IMG/VR virus record: IMGVR_UViG_3300003886_000004
Location: 1 to 58,324 of that record
Reading direction: 5' to 3' (one strand)
Source of the DNA: a virus
Taxonomy: Duplodnaviria; Caudoviricetes
DNA: 58,324 nucleotides
The translations under genes were made by a program, and so were the position numbers. The notes beneath the pieces were generated by a model. The model did not search any database and had not been told where the DNA came from. It was given only the letters and a program-made list of their open reading frames with translations. Below, piece after piece: positions 36,657 to 46,363 of the stretch (positions are counted from its first letter, which is position 1; every line of letters begins with the position of its first letter).

Positions 36657-36685
36657 TTTACACGTAAGTTGATGAGAGGTATAAC
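36657..36685 (+). promoter_or_regulatory. Sigma70-like rightward promoter
   Basis: TTTACA-17 nt-TATAAC upstream of the plus-strand operon. Confidence 0.6.
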
Positions 36686-36756
36686 CTTGCATCGATTCGA
36701 CCTTTGACGTTGTGTTAAAGGTCAAACATCCCTCAGTTGTTGAAAGGATTATCCAA

Positions 36757-36981
36757 ATGAGTTTACATGTTTACACGTTTGTTGGTGAAGGGGTAGCTTT
36801 ACCTTCAGTAGTCGTAATCGTAGCACCTACTGTATCTTTAGCCTTAGCTAGGGCTGTAACTTGGTACCTTGCTCACGACCTTAATTCTGAGTCCATAAAG
36901 TTGAAAGAATCACAAGTTTTGGCTATTGAGTCATCTGTTGATGGTTCAACAGTAATTTACGGTTGGAACGGTGACTACTAA
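36757..36981 (+). CDS. Hypothetical early protein
   Basis: AAGGA RBS before the ATG at 36757; ends YGWNGDY. Confidence 0.6.
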   Translation: MSLHVYTFVGEGVALPSVVVIVAPTVSLALARAVTWYLAHDLNSESIKLKESQVLAIESSVDGSTVIYGWNGDY

Positions 36982-36999
36982 TAATCAGGGAAGATTGAC

Positions 37000-37188
37000 A
37001 TGTGTAAAATTATCTCTACAGAAATGTTATCGAAAGACTCTTTTTCTTTTGGTGAATTAGCTGACGGAATCGTGTTAGATCGTGATTCTTCTCGATTGGA
37101 TTATTTTGAAGTTGCTCCTGATCCTCTTGTTTCAGTAGCTTCTAAAATCGTTTTCAAATCTCTCTTAACCCTCAAATCAGGAAACTAA
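37000..37188 (+). CDS. Hypothetical early protein
   Basis: Co-oriented and tightly packed. Confidence 0.45.
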   Translation: MCKIISTEMLSKDSFSFGELADGIVLDRDSSRLDYFEVAPDPLVSVASKIVFKSLLTLKSGN

Positions 37189-37190
37189 CA

Positions 37191-38486
37191 ATGGTCAAAG
37201 TACCAAACACAACAGAATCTGTTCCAACAAAAAAGAAAGCAACCAAAAAAAGATCGACTAAAAAGAAAGCAACTAAAAAGAAATCTGTGAAAAGCAAAAA
37301 GAAAGAGGTACAGGAAGAAAAAGTTGAAGAGTTGAAAAGTGATCCTAGTCGGGATGCTGTTTCCGAGGCTGGATCAAAACGTCCTATCGTTTACCCTAAA
37401 GTAGACGCAATGATCTTTAACTTTGACGATGGTAGTGGATTGACTGAAGAGACTGCTAAGAAGTTTTTAGGTTGGACGGTACCAAAGAATAAAGACAAAC
37501 CTTTCAAAGATCCTACGTTTGTTGATCGGGAGGGGGTGACTGTAGTTTGTACTAACAATGCTGCAAACCGATTCTTTTATACTCGGTTAGCTGAACGTTG
37601 GATGTGGGAAATGCTTCTCAACAACTGGAAACAAAACGGTCAAACTTTTACGATCGGTAAAACTGGTTTAACTATCGACTGTCAACATCGATTGGTTGGA
37701 TTAGTTTGGGCTTGTCAAGAATACCGTCTAAATCCTGATAAATATCCTAACCTTGAAGCCCCTCCCAACATTGAAGCAATCGTGGTTGTTGGAATTGATG
37801 AAACCAGAGAAGTTGTCAATACAATCAACACCGGGAAAGAAAGGACTGTATCTGATGCAATATATTCTAGTGGATTGTTTTCAGGAGAAACCAAGAAAAC
37901 GATTAAAACGTTGTCTAGGTTTACTGCACAAGCAACTCAATTGATTTGGAAACGGGTTGAAGAATCTGAATCTTCTCTTTGTCCTAACATTGAGAATCAT
38001 AATATCATTGAGTTCATCGAAAGGCATCCAAGAATTTTAGACTCTGTTAAGTTTATCTATGAAGAGGATTCAGAAAGTTCTTTATCTTCTTTACACCCTG
38101 CCGGATATTGTGCCGGGCTTCACTACTTGATGAGTGTTTCAACCTCAAATCCTAGTAAGTACCTCGAAACACGAACTGAAGGATGTTTGTCTTTTGCCAA
38201 TGACGAAAGAGCTAACAGGTATTGGATCAACTTAGCTGACAATCATCAATGGTTTATTCCTTTGGTGACCAAGTTTAACAAATTCAATGCAAGGGATGGA
38301 GGTTCTACTATTCAAGAAAGAGAAGCTGTGATCTGTAAGTCCTGGAAAGTTTGGGCTGCAAAAGGTTCACGTTCGCTTAGCAATAAGGATATCTCTCTTC
38401 AGTATTACACCATGGAAGATGGGATTCGAGAGTTGAGCCAATACCCTCGAATCAGAGGGATTGACACGTTCAACCCGTTAGCTTGA
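37191..38486 (+). CDS. ParB/DGQHR-like domain protein with Lys-rich N-terminus
   Basis: NNAANR...IDCQHRL...TINTGKERT motifs; KKKATKK repeats. Confidence 0.7.
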   Translation: MVKVPNTTESVPTKKKATKKRSTKKKATKKKSVKSKKKEVQEEKVEELKSDPSRDAVSEAGSKRPIVYPKVDAMIFNFDDGSGLTEETAKKFLGWTVPKNKDKPFKDPTFVDREGVTVVCTNNAANRFFYTRLAERWMWEMLLNNWKQNGQTFTIGKTGLTIDCQHRLVGLVWACQEYRLNPDKYPNLEAPPNIEAIVVVGIDETREVVNTINTGKERTVSDAIYSSGLFSGETKKTIKTLSRFTAQATQLIWKRVEESESSLCPNIENHNIIEFIERHPRILDSVKFIYEEDSESSLSSLHPAGYCAGLHYLMSVSTSNPSKYLETRTEGCLSFANDERANRYWINLADNHQWFIPLVTKFNKFNARDGGSTIQEREAVICKSWKVWAAKGSRSLSNKDISLQYYTMEDGIRELSQYPRIRGIDTFNPLA

Positions 38487-38610
38487 CTCATTCTCGGTCT
38501 TAGAAGCCCCTAGACCTCTTCTAGTCGCTTTGGATAACGTAGCCGCTTCGTTTACCCTTATTCTCGGTTCTCTCGTTAGAGGGAATTGTGGGGGATATTG
38601 AGCGGTTACG
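38487..38610. repeat. Helically phased element, copy 4
   Basis: TAG at 38501, 38511 and 38522; right arm cgttagagggaattgtg resembles copies 5 and 6. Confidence 0.5.
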
Positions 38611-38651
38611 TTTTATTTTGGTGTTTTTGGTCTAGGGGGGCGTATTGGGTA

Positions 38652-38680
38652 TTGCTTGGGGGGCTTATTGACGATACAAT
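38652..38680 (+). promoter_or_regulatory. Sigma70-like promoter
   Basis: TTGCTT-17 nt-TACAAT followed by the hairpin ATCACC-TTCG-GGTGAT. Confidence 0.55.
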
Positions 38681-38827
38681 TTGGGTATCACCTTCGGGTG
38701 ATGTTGATCTTTCTCACTTCGGTAAAACCACCCCTACACTTTGTAGCGTACGCTCGGTGAACGGTTAGGGACTAATGAGTAGGTTGAAACGGATTTTCGT
38801 TTCACTACCTTTATGGAGACTAACACA

Positions 38828-39112
38828 ATGTCAAAATTCCCTAAAATCGATCAAGGTTCGATTTCCGATTGTCTATCACACTACAACGAAGCCAAAACCA
38901 AATTGGCGGTGATGCAAGATTGCTTATTGAATTGCTTTAATTTTACCGACATCGAAGAGTACAACGGGCAAATTGCCGTACTCGGTGCGGCGGAGCAAGA
39001 ATTCCTTTTCGCTTTTCATTGTTACAAAAAGAAAGGGGAATCCCCTAAGCTATCGCCGATCAAGACAAGAGGGACGATCGAGTTTGATGCGTTGATTGTG
39101 ATTATCGACTAA
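38828..39112 (+). CDS. Hypothetical early protein flanked by inverted repeats
   Basis: GGAG RBS before MSKFPK. Confidence 0.6.
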   Translation: MSKFPKIDQGSISDCLSHYNEAKTKLAVMQDCLLNCFNFTDIEEYNGQIAVLGAAEQEFLFAFHCYKKKGESPKLSPIKTRGTIEFDALIVIID

Positions 39113-39151
39113 CCCTAGTGACCTTTGCAAATTGCGAAGGTCCGTTTCATC

Positions 39152-39297
39152 CTACTTAATTCGATTCAATGGAAAAGCTCTACACAGTCCTAATCCACGA
39201 ATGAACGTTTCGATATAGCTCTGGGTGCGTAGGTCACCGCTATATGCTAAAGAGAGTACCAAGCCTGTATACAGGCGATTGAATCAACTCTAAGTAG
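39152..39297 (+). ncRNA. Candidate structured RNA
   Basis: Nested stems CTACTTA/TAAGTAG, GATTCAAT/ATTGAATC, ATATAGC/GCTATAT and GCCTGT/ACAGGC in non-coding DNA. Confidence 0.4.
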
Positions 39298-39378
39298 TTC
39301 CAGTACTTAGTGGGTTACACGGCATTGGTAGCCGTGTCTGAAGAGTTACCACGAAACCCATGTAAGGAGAAACTGAAA

Positions 39379-39591
39379 ATGAGTGAGTACAGAAAGTCAC
39401 AAAAGAAAGGTAAAAACCTTTCCAAGGAAATTGATAAGTATCTGACTTTGGGAATATCCCCTGAGCACGCTTTATCCGATTTGAGTAGTCAGTGTTTGAA
39501 AGACCTGTGTGGGTTTTTTGATATCACTGTACCAAATACTAAATCTGGTCAATACGAACGATTAGTCCACTACTATAGAACTGGAGAGTGA
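39379..39591 (+). CDS. Small protein with SAP-like C-terminus
   Basis: AAGGAG RBS; LSSQCLKDLCGFFDITVPNTKSGQYERL. Confidence 0.55.
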   Translation: MSEYRKSQKKGKNLSKEIDKYLTLGISPEHALSDLSSQCLKDLCGFFDITVPNTKSGQYERLVHYYRTGE

Positions 39592-40862
39592 TAATGATTA
39601 CTGGAATCTGGAAAGATAAAATTTCAAAGTTGTGTCTGTACTATCTTAAAACCGATCCTGATAATTGGTGGGAATTGTCTAGGTTGTCTGAATTGATTCT
39701 TCCTGAAATCCAAAATGATGGGTTCATAGGGGACACCCCTGAGATTAAAAAGTTTCTGAAGCAAATAGCCTCTCTCTCTGATAAGTTAGAAGTGTCATCT
39801 GAAGATGATGATTACATAAGTCTTTCTGAAAGTGAACAAGATGGAACGAATAACTTAAACTCTAAAGTAAAGCTGTTGAATATCCAAATCAAAACGTTAC
39901 AGAAATCAATAACCAATTTGAAAGAGGATTCTGAGCAATCGATCAAAATGATTAAGGTTGCAACTGACGAAGCTAAAAAGTACAAAAAGTTATCCGAAAC
40001 TGCTAAAGGGAGAATCATTGAGGTTCGGGTAAAAAAGGGAGCTAAGATTGTCCGACGTATGAAAGAATCGTTTCATCATACGTTCCCTAAACTTTTGTCA
40101 TTGATCCAAGAACGAAAACATACAATGCTGTATGGCCCTACTGGATCTGGAAAGACACATATCTGTATGTCTCTAGCAAAAGCCATCGATTCAAGAAAGT
40201 TTGGGTTTCTATCTTGTTCTGCAGGAATGAGTGAATCCAAAATTCTCGGAACAACAGGGATTGCCAAGAGCGGTGAATTTGAATACCGTATTTCAGACTT
40301 CATTGACATATTTGAGAATGGAGGATTATTCCTGTTTGACGAAATGGACAGGGCTGATTCCAATGTTCTTATGGTTATCAATGCTGCATTAGCAAATGGA
40401 ATCATTCCTGTTTCATCACGTACTGATCAACCTTACGCTACCAAGCATTCCAATTTTGTTTGTGTCTGTGCAACTAATACCGTTGGATCGGGTGGGGATC
40501 GAACCTATACGGCAGCCAATCGATTAGATATGAGTACGTTGAATCGGTTTTGGAAAATCAAGATAGGGTATGATCTTGCAGTTGAAAAAGTTCTATGTCC
40601 TGACGAAGAACTCCAATCGTACTGTTGGGCTATTCGTCACGGAATCGAAGTGAACCGACTTGAACAGGTTATGTCTACCCGAACGATGAAAGAGGCATAC
40701 GAGTTGAAGTTTGGAAAGTCCGACTTTTCTTGGACACAGAAAGAGATTGACCTATCTTACTTCTCTGGTTGGCCGCAAGACCAATTTGAGAAAGTGAAAT
40801 CGTCCTGCTACGGAAAAGGGGTAACTCTTTCACTAGACTGGAATGAACTGCAAGCCGTTTGA
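39588..40862 (+). CDS. MoxR/CobS-like AAA+ ATPase
   Basis: YGPTGSGKT, LFDEMDRA, ATNT and LDMSTLNRF motifs. Confidence 0.88.
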   Translation: MIMITGIWKDKISKLCLYYLKTDPDNWWELSRLSELILPEIQNDGFIGDTPEIKKFLKQIASLSDKLEVSSEDDDYISLSESEQDGTNNLNSKVKLLNIQIKTLQKSITNLKEDSEQSIKMIKVATDEAKKYKKLSETAKGRIIEVRVKKGAKIVRRMKESFHHTFPKLLSLIQERKHTMLYGPTGSGKTHICMSLAKAIDSRKFGFLSCSAGMSESKILGTTGIAKSGEFEYRISDFIDIFENGGLFLFDEMDRADSNVLMVINAALANGIIPVSSRTDQPYATKHSNFVCVCATNTVGSGGDRTYTAANRLDMSTLNRFWKIKIGYDLAVEKVLCPDEELQSYCWAIRHGIEVNRLEQVMSTRTMKEAYELKFGKSDFSWTQKEIDLSYFSGWPQDQFEKVKSSCYGKGVTLSLDWNELQAV

Positions 40863-40913
40863 ACCTGTTGAAGATTAATCACTACCACTACCATCATTAC
40901 TGAGGAACTAATT

Positions 40914-41771
40914 ATGACTATGCGAACTGATCTCTCGTTAGAAGACAACTTACTGTACATCTTTGACTCGATGACTGAAATGGTTGAGTTTACTGACTCT
41001 AAATTTTTCTCATCTCGATCAGGAGAATGGGTAGGTGAAGAATTCCAGTCTTGGGAAGATGTTGAAACCAGATGTAAGAAAAATTGGGACTACGGAACAG
41101 ACGTAGTCGATTCCTTTGTTGACCGTCTGTACAAAGAAGAGGTGATTGTTACCAAACACCTGAAATCAAAAAAGAGAAAATCGTCTTACAACGATGAAGG
41201 GGAGGGGGAAATGGAATGGGAAAGAATGATGAACGGTGAAGCTTTCTGGAGGGAAACAAAGAAAGAGTCTACTGAAGGACCAGGAGAGATGACAATCATC
41301 GTTGACACCTCTACCTCTTACGATAAGGAATCTGAAGATATCCTATGGCGTGGTGGGGCCGCTCTTGCGTTGGTCAAGATTCTTGAAGAACGATCTTACA
41401 AAGTTGAATTGTGGGCAACCAACGGATCTCAATTGTTTTCTGGTTCCACTAATTCGGTGATAACTGCTTGTTGTTTGAAACGAGCTTCTGACCCGTTGGA
41501 TATGACCACGTTGACCAACACTCTAGCTGGATGGTTTTACCGTTCTTCAACGTTCGCATTGCTAGACACAATTTGTGAACATGCTCACCGTACAGCAAGA
41601 TCTGGATACGGAAATGTCTGTCCTCCTAACCAAGTGGATTTGGATTGCCTGACAACCGATCAGCATCGAATCTACGTATCGGGGGTGTACTCATTCTCGG
41701 CGGCAGCTTCCGTAGTCATGCGTGAGATTGAACGAGTTGCGGTATCCGCTGGGTGGTCAAAAGGTAAATAG
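40914..41771 (+). CDS. vWA/CobT-like partner of the AAA+ ATPase
   Basis: IIVDTSTS MIDAS-like motif and LVKILEERSYKVELW; adjacent to the AAA+ gene. Confidence 0.72.
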   Translation: MTMRTDLSLEDNLLYIFDSMTEMVEFTDSKFFSSRSGEWVGEEFQSWEDVETRCKKNWDYGTDVVDSFVDRLYKEEVIVTKHLKSKKRKSSYNDEGEGEMEWERMMNGEAFWRETKKESTEGPGEMTIIVDTSTSYDKESEDILWRGGAALALVKILEERSYKVELWATNGSQLFSGSTNSVITACCLKRASDPLDMTTLTNTLAGWFYRSSTFALLDTICEHAHRTARSGYGNVCPPNQVDLDCLTTDQHRIYVSGVYSFSAAASVVMREIERVAVSAGWSKGK

Positions 41772-41801
41772 TCGTTTCTATAAGACTCACAAGCTAGGTT
41801 T

Positions 41802-41825
41802 GGTCCCCTACTTTTCTAGGGGACC
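41802..41825 (+). terminator. Hairpin, possible terminator
   Basis: GGTCCCCTA/TAGGGGACC stem; weak U-tract. Confidence 0.4.
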
Positions 41826-41847
41826 GTTACGTTGATAAAGGAATCCT

Positions 41848-42060
41848 ATGGGACGATTAAATACAAGAGAAGCAGCTAAAGTGATCGGGTGTAGTATCTC
41901 GAATGTTCGTTATCTTTGCAGAACCAATAAAATGAGAAGCAAACTGCACACACGACCAGACAAAACAAATTACTACACAATCCTTGACAGTGAAGTAACC
42001 CGATACAGAGACATCCAATCGTCTAAGGGGGGTTGGCCAAGAGGAAAACCTAGAAGATGA
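41848..42060 (+). CDS. Excisionase/MerR-like HTH protein
   Basis: LNTREAAKVIGCSISNVRYLC; C-terminal GWPRGKPR. Confidence 0.75.
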   Translation: MGRLNTREAAKVIGCSISNVRYLCRTNKMRSKLHTRPDKTNYYTILDSEVTRYRDIQSSKGGWPRGKPRR

Positions 42061-42100
42061 TCAAGCAGTACCAACCACATCAACCAGTTGAAAGTATAAC

Positions 42101-42370
42101 ATGACTACACTCACAGGACCAAGTGACTCACACGAACCAATACCTAAACCTAGTAAAAGGAAAACCAGGAAACCCAAAGTTACGATTGAAAAGTCATCGA
42201 GGGAATACCCTTTACCTGGAAAGAACCCACTTATGGTTCAGGCTAAGATCTGGACACGTGAGAAGTGGGCGACTCACAAAGGGAAAAAGGTTAACTTCGA
42301 TAATATCCTGGATGCGAGAGAGTTTTCCCTCCAGAATGGTTATGATGGAATCAGGATTGAATTGAATTAA
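42101..42370 (+). CDS. Hypothetical basic protein
   Basis: Co-oriented ORF. Confidence 0.5.
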   Translation: MTTLTGPSDSHEPIPKPSKRKTRKPKVTIEKSSREYPLPGKNPLMVQAKIWTREKWATHKGKKVNFDNILDAREFSLQNGYDGIRIELN

Positions 42371-42415
42371 CCCTGACTTAACTACATACTTACTGTTTCA
42401 ATAAAGGATAAAGCT

Positions 42416-42769
42416 GTGACTGATTTTCAACTCGACCAAAATAGACCAAGTGATTCAGATTTGTTTTCCATTCTAGTCAGTGTTCATTTGGAGAAGATAA
42501 CTACTGGTAATTACATAACTGAAGAGTTCATGTTTTTAGGGATGAAGAGTATAGGATTTTCAAAGGATGATTCTGTAGCCTTGTACAAATACTGTTTGGA
42601 TGCTCTGTATTTACTCCGTAAAGATGAAAAGGTTATCCTGACAAATGTTGGTGTTGATGCTACAATTGATATTTACACTGACCCTAAAAATGATTTTGAT
42701 CTTTCTACTGGGGTAGTAGTTCAAGATGCTTCTTCAATTGACCCTTACCCAAAACCGTCAATGAACTAG
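42416..42769 (+). CDS. Hypothetical protein
   Basis: AAGGA RBS, GTG start. Confidence 0.55.
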   Translation: MTDFQLDQNRPSDSDLFSILVSVHLEKITTGNYITEEFMFLGMKSIGFSKDDSVALYKYCLDALYLLRKDEKVILTNVGVDATIDIYTDPKNDFDLSTGVVVQDASSIDPYPKPSMN

Positions 42770-42778
42770 GTGATCATA

Positions 42779-42943
42779 ATGAGAAGAAAAATGACTCTGA
42801 ATAAAACCAGGGGGTTTCTTTACACGTTGGCTAAACTCCTCGGTGATGTTCAAGCGGTACGGAAGGGAAGAATGGGTCGTCGTATTGGACGTCGGTTAGC
42901 CGGGAAGGTGACCGGACGTTGGCTAGGCCGACTCTTCAAGTAA
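42779..42943 (+). CDS. 54-aa cationic amphipathic protein (not in the ORF track)
   Basis: MRRKMTLNKTRGFLYTLAKLLGDVQAVRKGRMGRRIGRRLAGKVTGRWLGRLFK*; AGGTGA RBS; followed by a terminator. Confidence 0.7.
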   Translation: MRRKMTLNKTRGFLYTLAKLLGDVQAVRKGRMGRRIGRRLAGKVTGRWLGRLFK

Positions 42944-42975
42944 CCCCTCCATGACCCCCTACGGTTCCCCTTATT

Positions 42976-43014
42976 GCCCCCTACGGTCTCAATCGAGATT
43001 GTGGGGGGTTTCTT
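42976..43014 (+). terminator. Intrinsic terminator ending the early operon
   Basis: CCCCCTACGGTCTC-AATC-GAGATTGTGGGGGG stem followed by TTTCTT. Confidence 0.7.
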
Positions 43015-43019
43015 CGTGT

Positions 43020-43160
43020 TCAAATTTAGAGGCTCTAGGGAGGCTTGTAAGGGGGTTTATAGGGTTAGGCTTGTGATCACACTCAAATGTAGAGAATGGA
43101 CGTTAGAAGGGTTGTGAGAGGGTTTAGAAGGGACTCACTAGGATAACGTTAGGTATTGGG
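43020..43160. repeat. Helically phased element, copy 5
   Basis: TAG/TAA/TGA about every 10-11 bp (43027, 43036, 43048, 43058; 43104, 43115, 43125); shares a 15-mer with copy 2. Confidence 0.55.
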
Positions 43161-43163
43161 TAA

Positions 43164-45644
43164 TCAAAGGGTTGAAGGTGGGATTGGTTCGATAAGAGTG
43201 TCAGGGGGATGAGGTAGCCCGCTTTTATTGGGGTCGGCTGGGACCAGGTTTACGACAAAATCTTTAACATCCAAGACTTTCTCAGTAACGTCTGTATTGA
43301 TTTGAGCAGTACTAGAGATTTTGTAACCAGCCCCAGAGGTTAGTATAGTCTCTTCATTAAGAGCATCGTACCCTTCATACTCAGCAAGGGGTTGAGCAGG
43401 AGGAATGATCCCCGCTGAGATAATAGCTAGTTGGTCACCCACAGTATTGTGTACTACGTCAATAGCCATAGAGATGGAACCGCTTGGGGTTAATTTAATT
43501 GAGGTGAATAGGGGACGATCTTTGAATTCTTGGATTGGGTCATCCCAGTCGTTAGTGTCCTCTCTTTGGTATATTCTGTCTTCAAGAAAGCTAGAAGTTA
43601 CACGAATTGATTGTAAATCATCTTTGTCTACAGTTATGTTAGGTGGTTCTCCTACCCACTCAGGCAATGTAACTTCGTAAGTTAATATTACTGAGGTCCA
43701 AGTTATTTTAGGGGCTGCTCCTATCAGATTGATAATTAAACAAGCAGATGACAAAGGAAAATCATCAGGTAATGGGTATAATCCTATCCCCTGATTATTG
43801 ACGGTAGATGACCCAAGATAACTATAGAGATACGTTTCCCCTGAAGCATGTGTAGCAGCTATTCCTGGGAGAAACCCAAAGCCAATAACATTGTTAACAA
43901 ACGTATTGTTAAGATTATTGAGAGATCCTGAGTAAGGATTCAAGATGGAACCGTATTCAAATTCAACCTTAACCTGATATCTATTCTCTAAAGGAACTGA
44001 TAAAAATGAGTGTATATTCTGTACTCTGACATTTACCTGTTGGTAGTGTTCAGTATTTTGTAGGGTTCCTCCTCCTTGTAATGAGTGGGACTTAACCAAA
44101 CTTGTGGTTTCAGATAGCCAAGCATTGTATCCTGGATCTAATGCGGGTTCGATCCAAATTGCTCTATTGCCTGGAAAACCACCGGTTCTGAGTCTGTTTT
44201 TTCTTCCTCCCATAGTTCTAGATATAAAGCTGAGATCAGACCAGATCCTAAAAGAAGAGGGGGCTTCGTCATCGTTATAGTCTCCTTGAAGCGAACCACC
44301 TGAAAGACTACCGTACCCACGGTAGACATTTATTGGTTGATTAGTTCCTGCGTCAATCCAGTACATAGATAACTTACGTAACTCATCATTGTGAAGTTTT
44401 TTAGTGTTGTAGTAAGTCGATACGTGAGATGAACAACTTCCTGTAGCTCGATTAAAACCTTCTGGGCTAATATTATTTATTCCTTCAGCAACCTCAGCTG
44501 CCCAAACAAGTTCATCAAATTTAATATCATAAGGGAAATTAGTATTTGCAGGTGGACCTACTCTGATTCGATCTATATTTCCATATACTGGAGTAGCGTC
44601 AAAAACGTCGAGTGCTGTAAAGTTAATTACTTTGAAGGTATACGAGGTAGTTGAAGTATTGATACCTACTAAGTCCCACCTGGCTACGTCGTAGTAGGGA
44701 TAGTTTAATACACAGGATCGGCCCCATTGACAGCCGGGTCTAACTCGTTTATAAAATTCTCCAGGTTCTCCGAGAGGTTCAGCAATATATTGAGCACGAC
44801 CAACTTGGACTCTGAGTCTATGGTTTGGTGAAGTGTTGAAGTTAGGAGTAAATTTTAATGAGGCCCATTCATGTGCTGGGAATAAACTTCTCGGAATCAT
44901 TGGAGAATAGTACATGTCCGAAGACATCCATTTGTAACTGTTATGTAAGTAAATCCCATTCACTGTCCCAGGTCTACCAGTTGTAATGTTACCTGGATTT
45001 TTTAGAGTTTGTCTTGCTTGTGTAGCTTGAGTATAATAATCATACGAAATTGGGTTTAATCCTAGATTATGTGAAAAGACCCCGTAATTTGATATTGACA
45101 GAAAAAATGTTGTTTCATCTGGAAATTCTCTATCTTGAGTACCCAGTAATCTTTCAGTATTTCCTGTACGAATAAAATCATAAACAGGTTCTGCTTCATG
45201 GGTTTGAATACTAGCTAACATTGAATTATCATGTAACCAAACAGGATGTTTATAAATGGGATATGTGACTGTTCCCATTGCTAAGGTTTGAGCAGGTACC
45301 GCTACTGGTAGAGTTTTAACTTTGTAATTGACTGAGATGACGTCAGTATTATCGTTAGGTAAGTGATCGTAATTAAACAGATTTTTAGGGTTAAGCTCTC
45401 GGAAGTAAAAATAAGAAGTGTTTGAAGAGATCTTAGATTTTACTGTTATCTCCCCTGTGTCTTCATCTACTGTAAGTTTACTTCTTATCTCATTTCGATT
45501 CAATAGATCGAAGTCAGCAACGGGATCTGGATCTTCGGGTTCTGGTTCCATTGGGGAAGTGATGATATCTATGTAATCGTCGTCTAAGATTACGTCCAGA
45601 ATCACACAACCACAACAACATCTTGATAAGGTATCACCCATCAC
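43164..45644 (-). CDS. Large tail-tip/receptor-binding protein
   Basis: 826 aa; last gene of the tail operon; N-terminal RCCCGC motif. Confidence 0.6.
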   Translation of the reverse strand: MMGDTLSRCCCGCVILDVILDDDYIDIITSPMEPEPEDPDPVADFDLLNRNEIRSKLTVDEDTGEITVKSKISSNTSYFYFRELNPKNLFNYDHLPNDNTDVISVNYKVKTLPVAVPAQTLAMGTVTYPIYKHPVWLHDNSMLASIQTHEAEPVYDFIRTGNTERLLGTQDREFPDETTFFLSISNYGVFSHNLGLNPISYDYYTQATQARQTLKNPGNITTGRPGTVNGIYLHNSYKWMSSDMYYSPMIPRSLFPAHEWASLKFTPNFNTSPNHRLRVQVGRAQYIAEPLGEPGEFYKRVRPGCQWGRSCVLNYPYYDVARWDLVGINTSTTSYTFKVINFTALDVFDATPVYGNIDRIRVGPPANTNFPYDIKFDELVWAAEVAEGINNISPEGFNRATGSCSSHVSTYYNTKKLHNDELRKLSMYWIDAGTNQPINVYRGYGSLSGGSLQGDYNDDEAPSSFRIWSDLSFISRTMGGRKNRLRTGGFPGNRAIWIEPALDPGYNAWLSETTSLVKSHSLQGGGTLQNTEHYQQVNVRVQNIHSFLSVPLENRYQVKVEFEYGSILNPYSGSLNNLNNTFVNNVIGFGFLPGIAATHASGETYLYSYLGSSTVNNQGIGLYPLPDDFPLSSACLIINLIGAAPKITWTSVILTYEVTLPEWVGEPPNITVDKDDLQSIRVTSSFLEDRIYQREDTNDWDDPIQEFKDRPLFTSIKLTPSGSISMAIDVVHNTVGDQLAIISAGIIPPAQPLAEYEGYDALNEETILTSGAGYKISSTAQINTDVTEKVLDVKDFVVNLVPADPNKSGLPHPPDTLIEPIPPSTL

Positions 45645-46353
45645 ATTGCACTACAATCAAACCCCACGAGCCGTCAGGTTTAAGGAGGATAGAAACTTCA
45701 TCACCTGTTGAGATAGTAAATGCTAACCGCTGAATTACTTCGACTATCTCTCCACTGGGCATCAGTTTAGGCGGATCAATGCGTTTAGAGATATCTTCAT
45801 CTTCAGTATGACTGCCTTCTTCTTGTAATTCTTCCATGTACAGTTCAACTTTGAAAGTCAGATACTTGACTCTTTTACTAGATCCTGATCCAGTTATCAC
45901 TGCTCCTGTACATCCTTGAGTTACAAATCCTTCAGCATATCTGATAACTGGTTCAATGAAATAAGTGTTACCAATCGGTATGAGACGTACAATCGTTTCT
46001 TTAGGAAGTAATCCCATAGGTTTGTAGAGTATCCCTAGTACGACTACAGGAGGATCAGATACTTCAAATTCTAAGTCTTGTTTTCCTGGGGTTAAGTGTG
46101 CGATATGCAGATCTTCGCCTATTTTGAATTTACCGATGGCTATTTCGTAAACATTTGATTCTTTGTCTGTGGGGTATTCATTCTCTTCTGTTTTCGTGGT
46201 CCATCCCCATTTGATTGAGTTGTCCCAAGTTCTGATTGAAGGTTGAGATACTATCTTTCTCGTTTCTATCACATTTAGAGTAGCCCTACGATGCTGAGAA
46301 AGTTCTTCAGCTAATTCAGGACTAAGGGTAGTTAGTTTATTTTTGTCAGGCAT
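45634..46353 (-). CDS. Tail-tip/baseplate protein
   Basis: Position after the Dit-like gene; ends WGLIVVQC. Confidence 0.5.
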   Translation of the reverse strand: MPDKNKLTTLSPELAEELSQHRRATLNVIETRKIVSQPSIRTWDNSIKWGWTTKTEENEYPTDKESNVYEIAIGKFKIGEDLHIAHLTPGKQDLEFEVSDPPVVVLGILYKPMGLLPKETIVRLIPIGNTYFIEPVIRYAEGFVTQGCTGAVITGSGSSKRVKYLTFKVELYMEELQEEGSHTEDEDISKRIDPPKLMPSGEIVEVIQRLAFTISTGDEVSILLKPDGSWGLIVVQCDG

Positions 46354-46363
46354 AGGAGATCAA

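Noticed and set aside
38771-38803. Hammerhead ribozyme (CTAATGAG...GAAAC)
   Set aside because: The core has A in place of the conserved G of CUGA, and no stem II can form between the two core segments.
41848-42060. Prophage or temperate lifestyle suggested by the excisionase-like HTH
   Set aside because: No integrase, repressor pair, att-like junction or host genes were recognised in the window.
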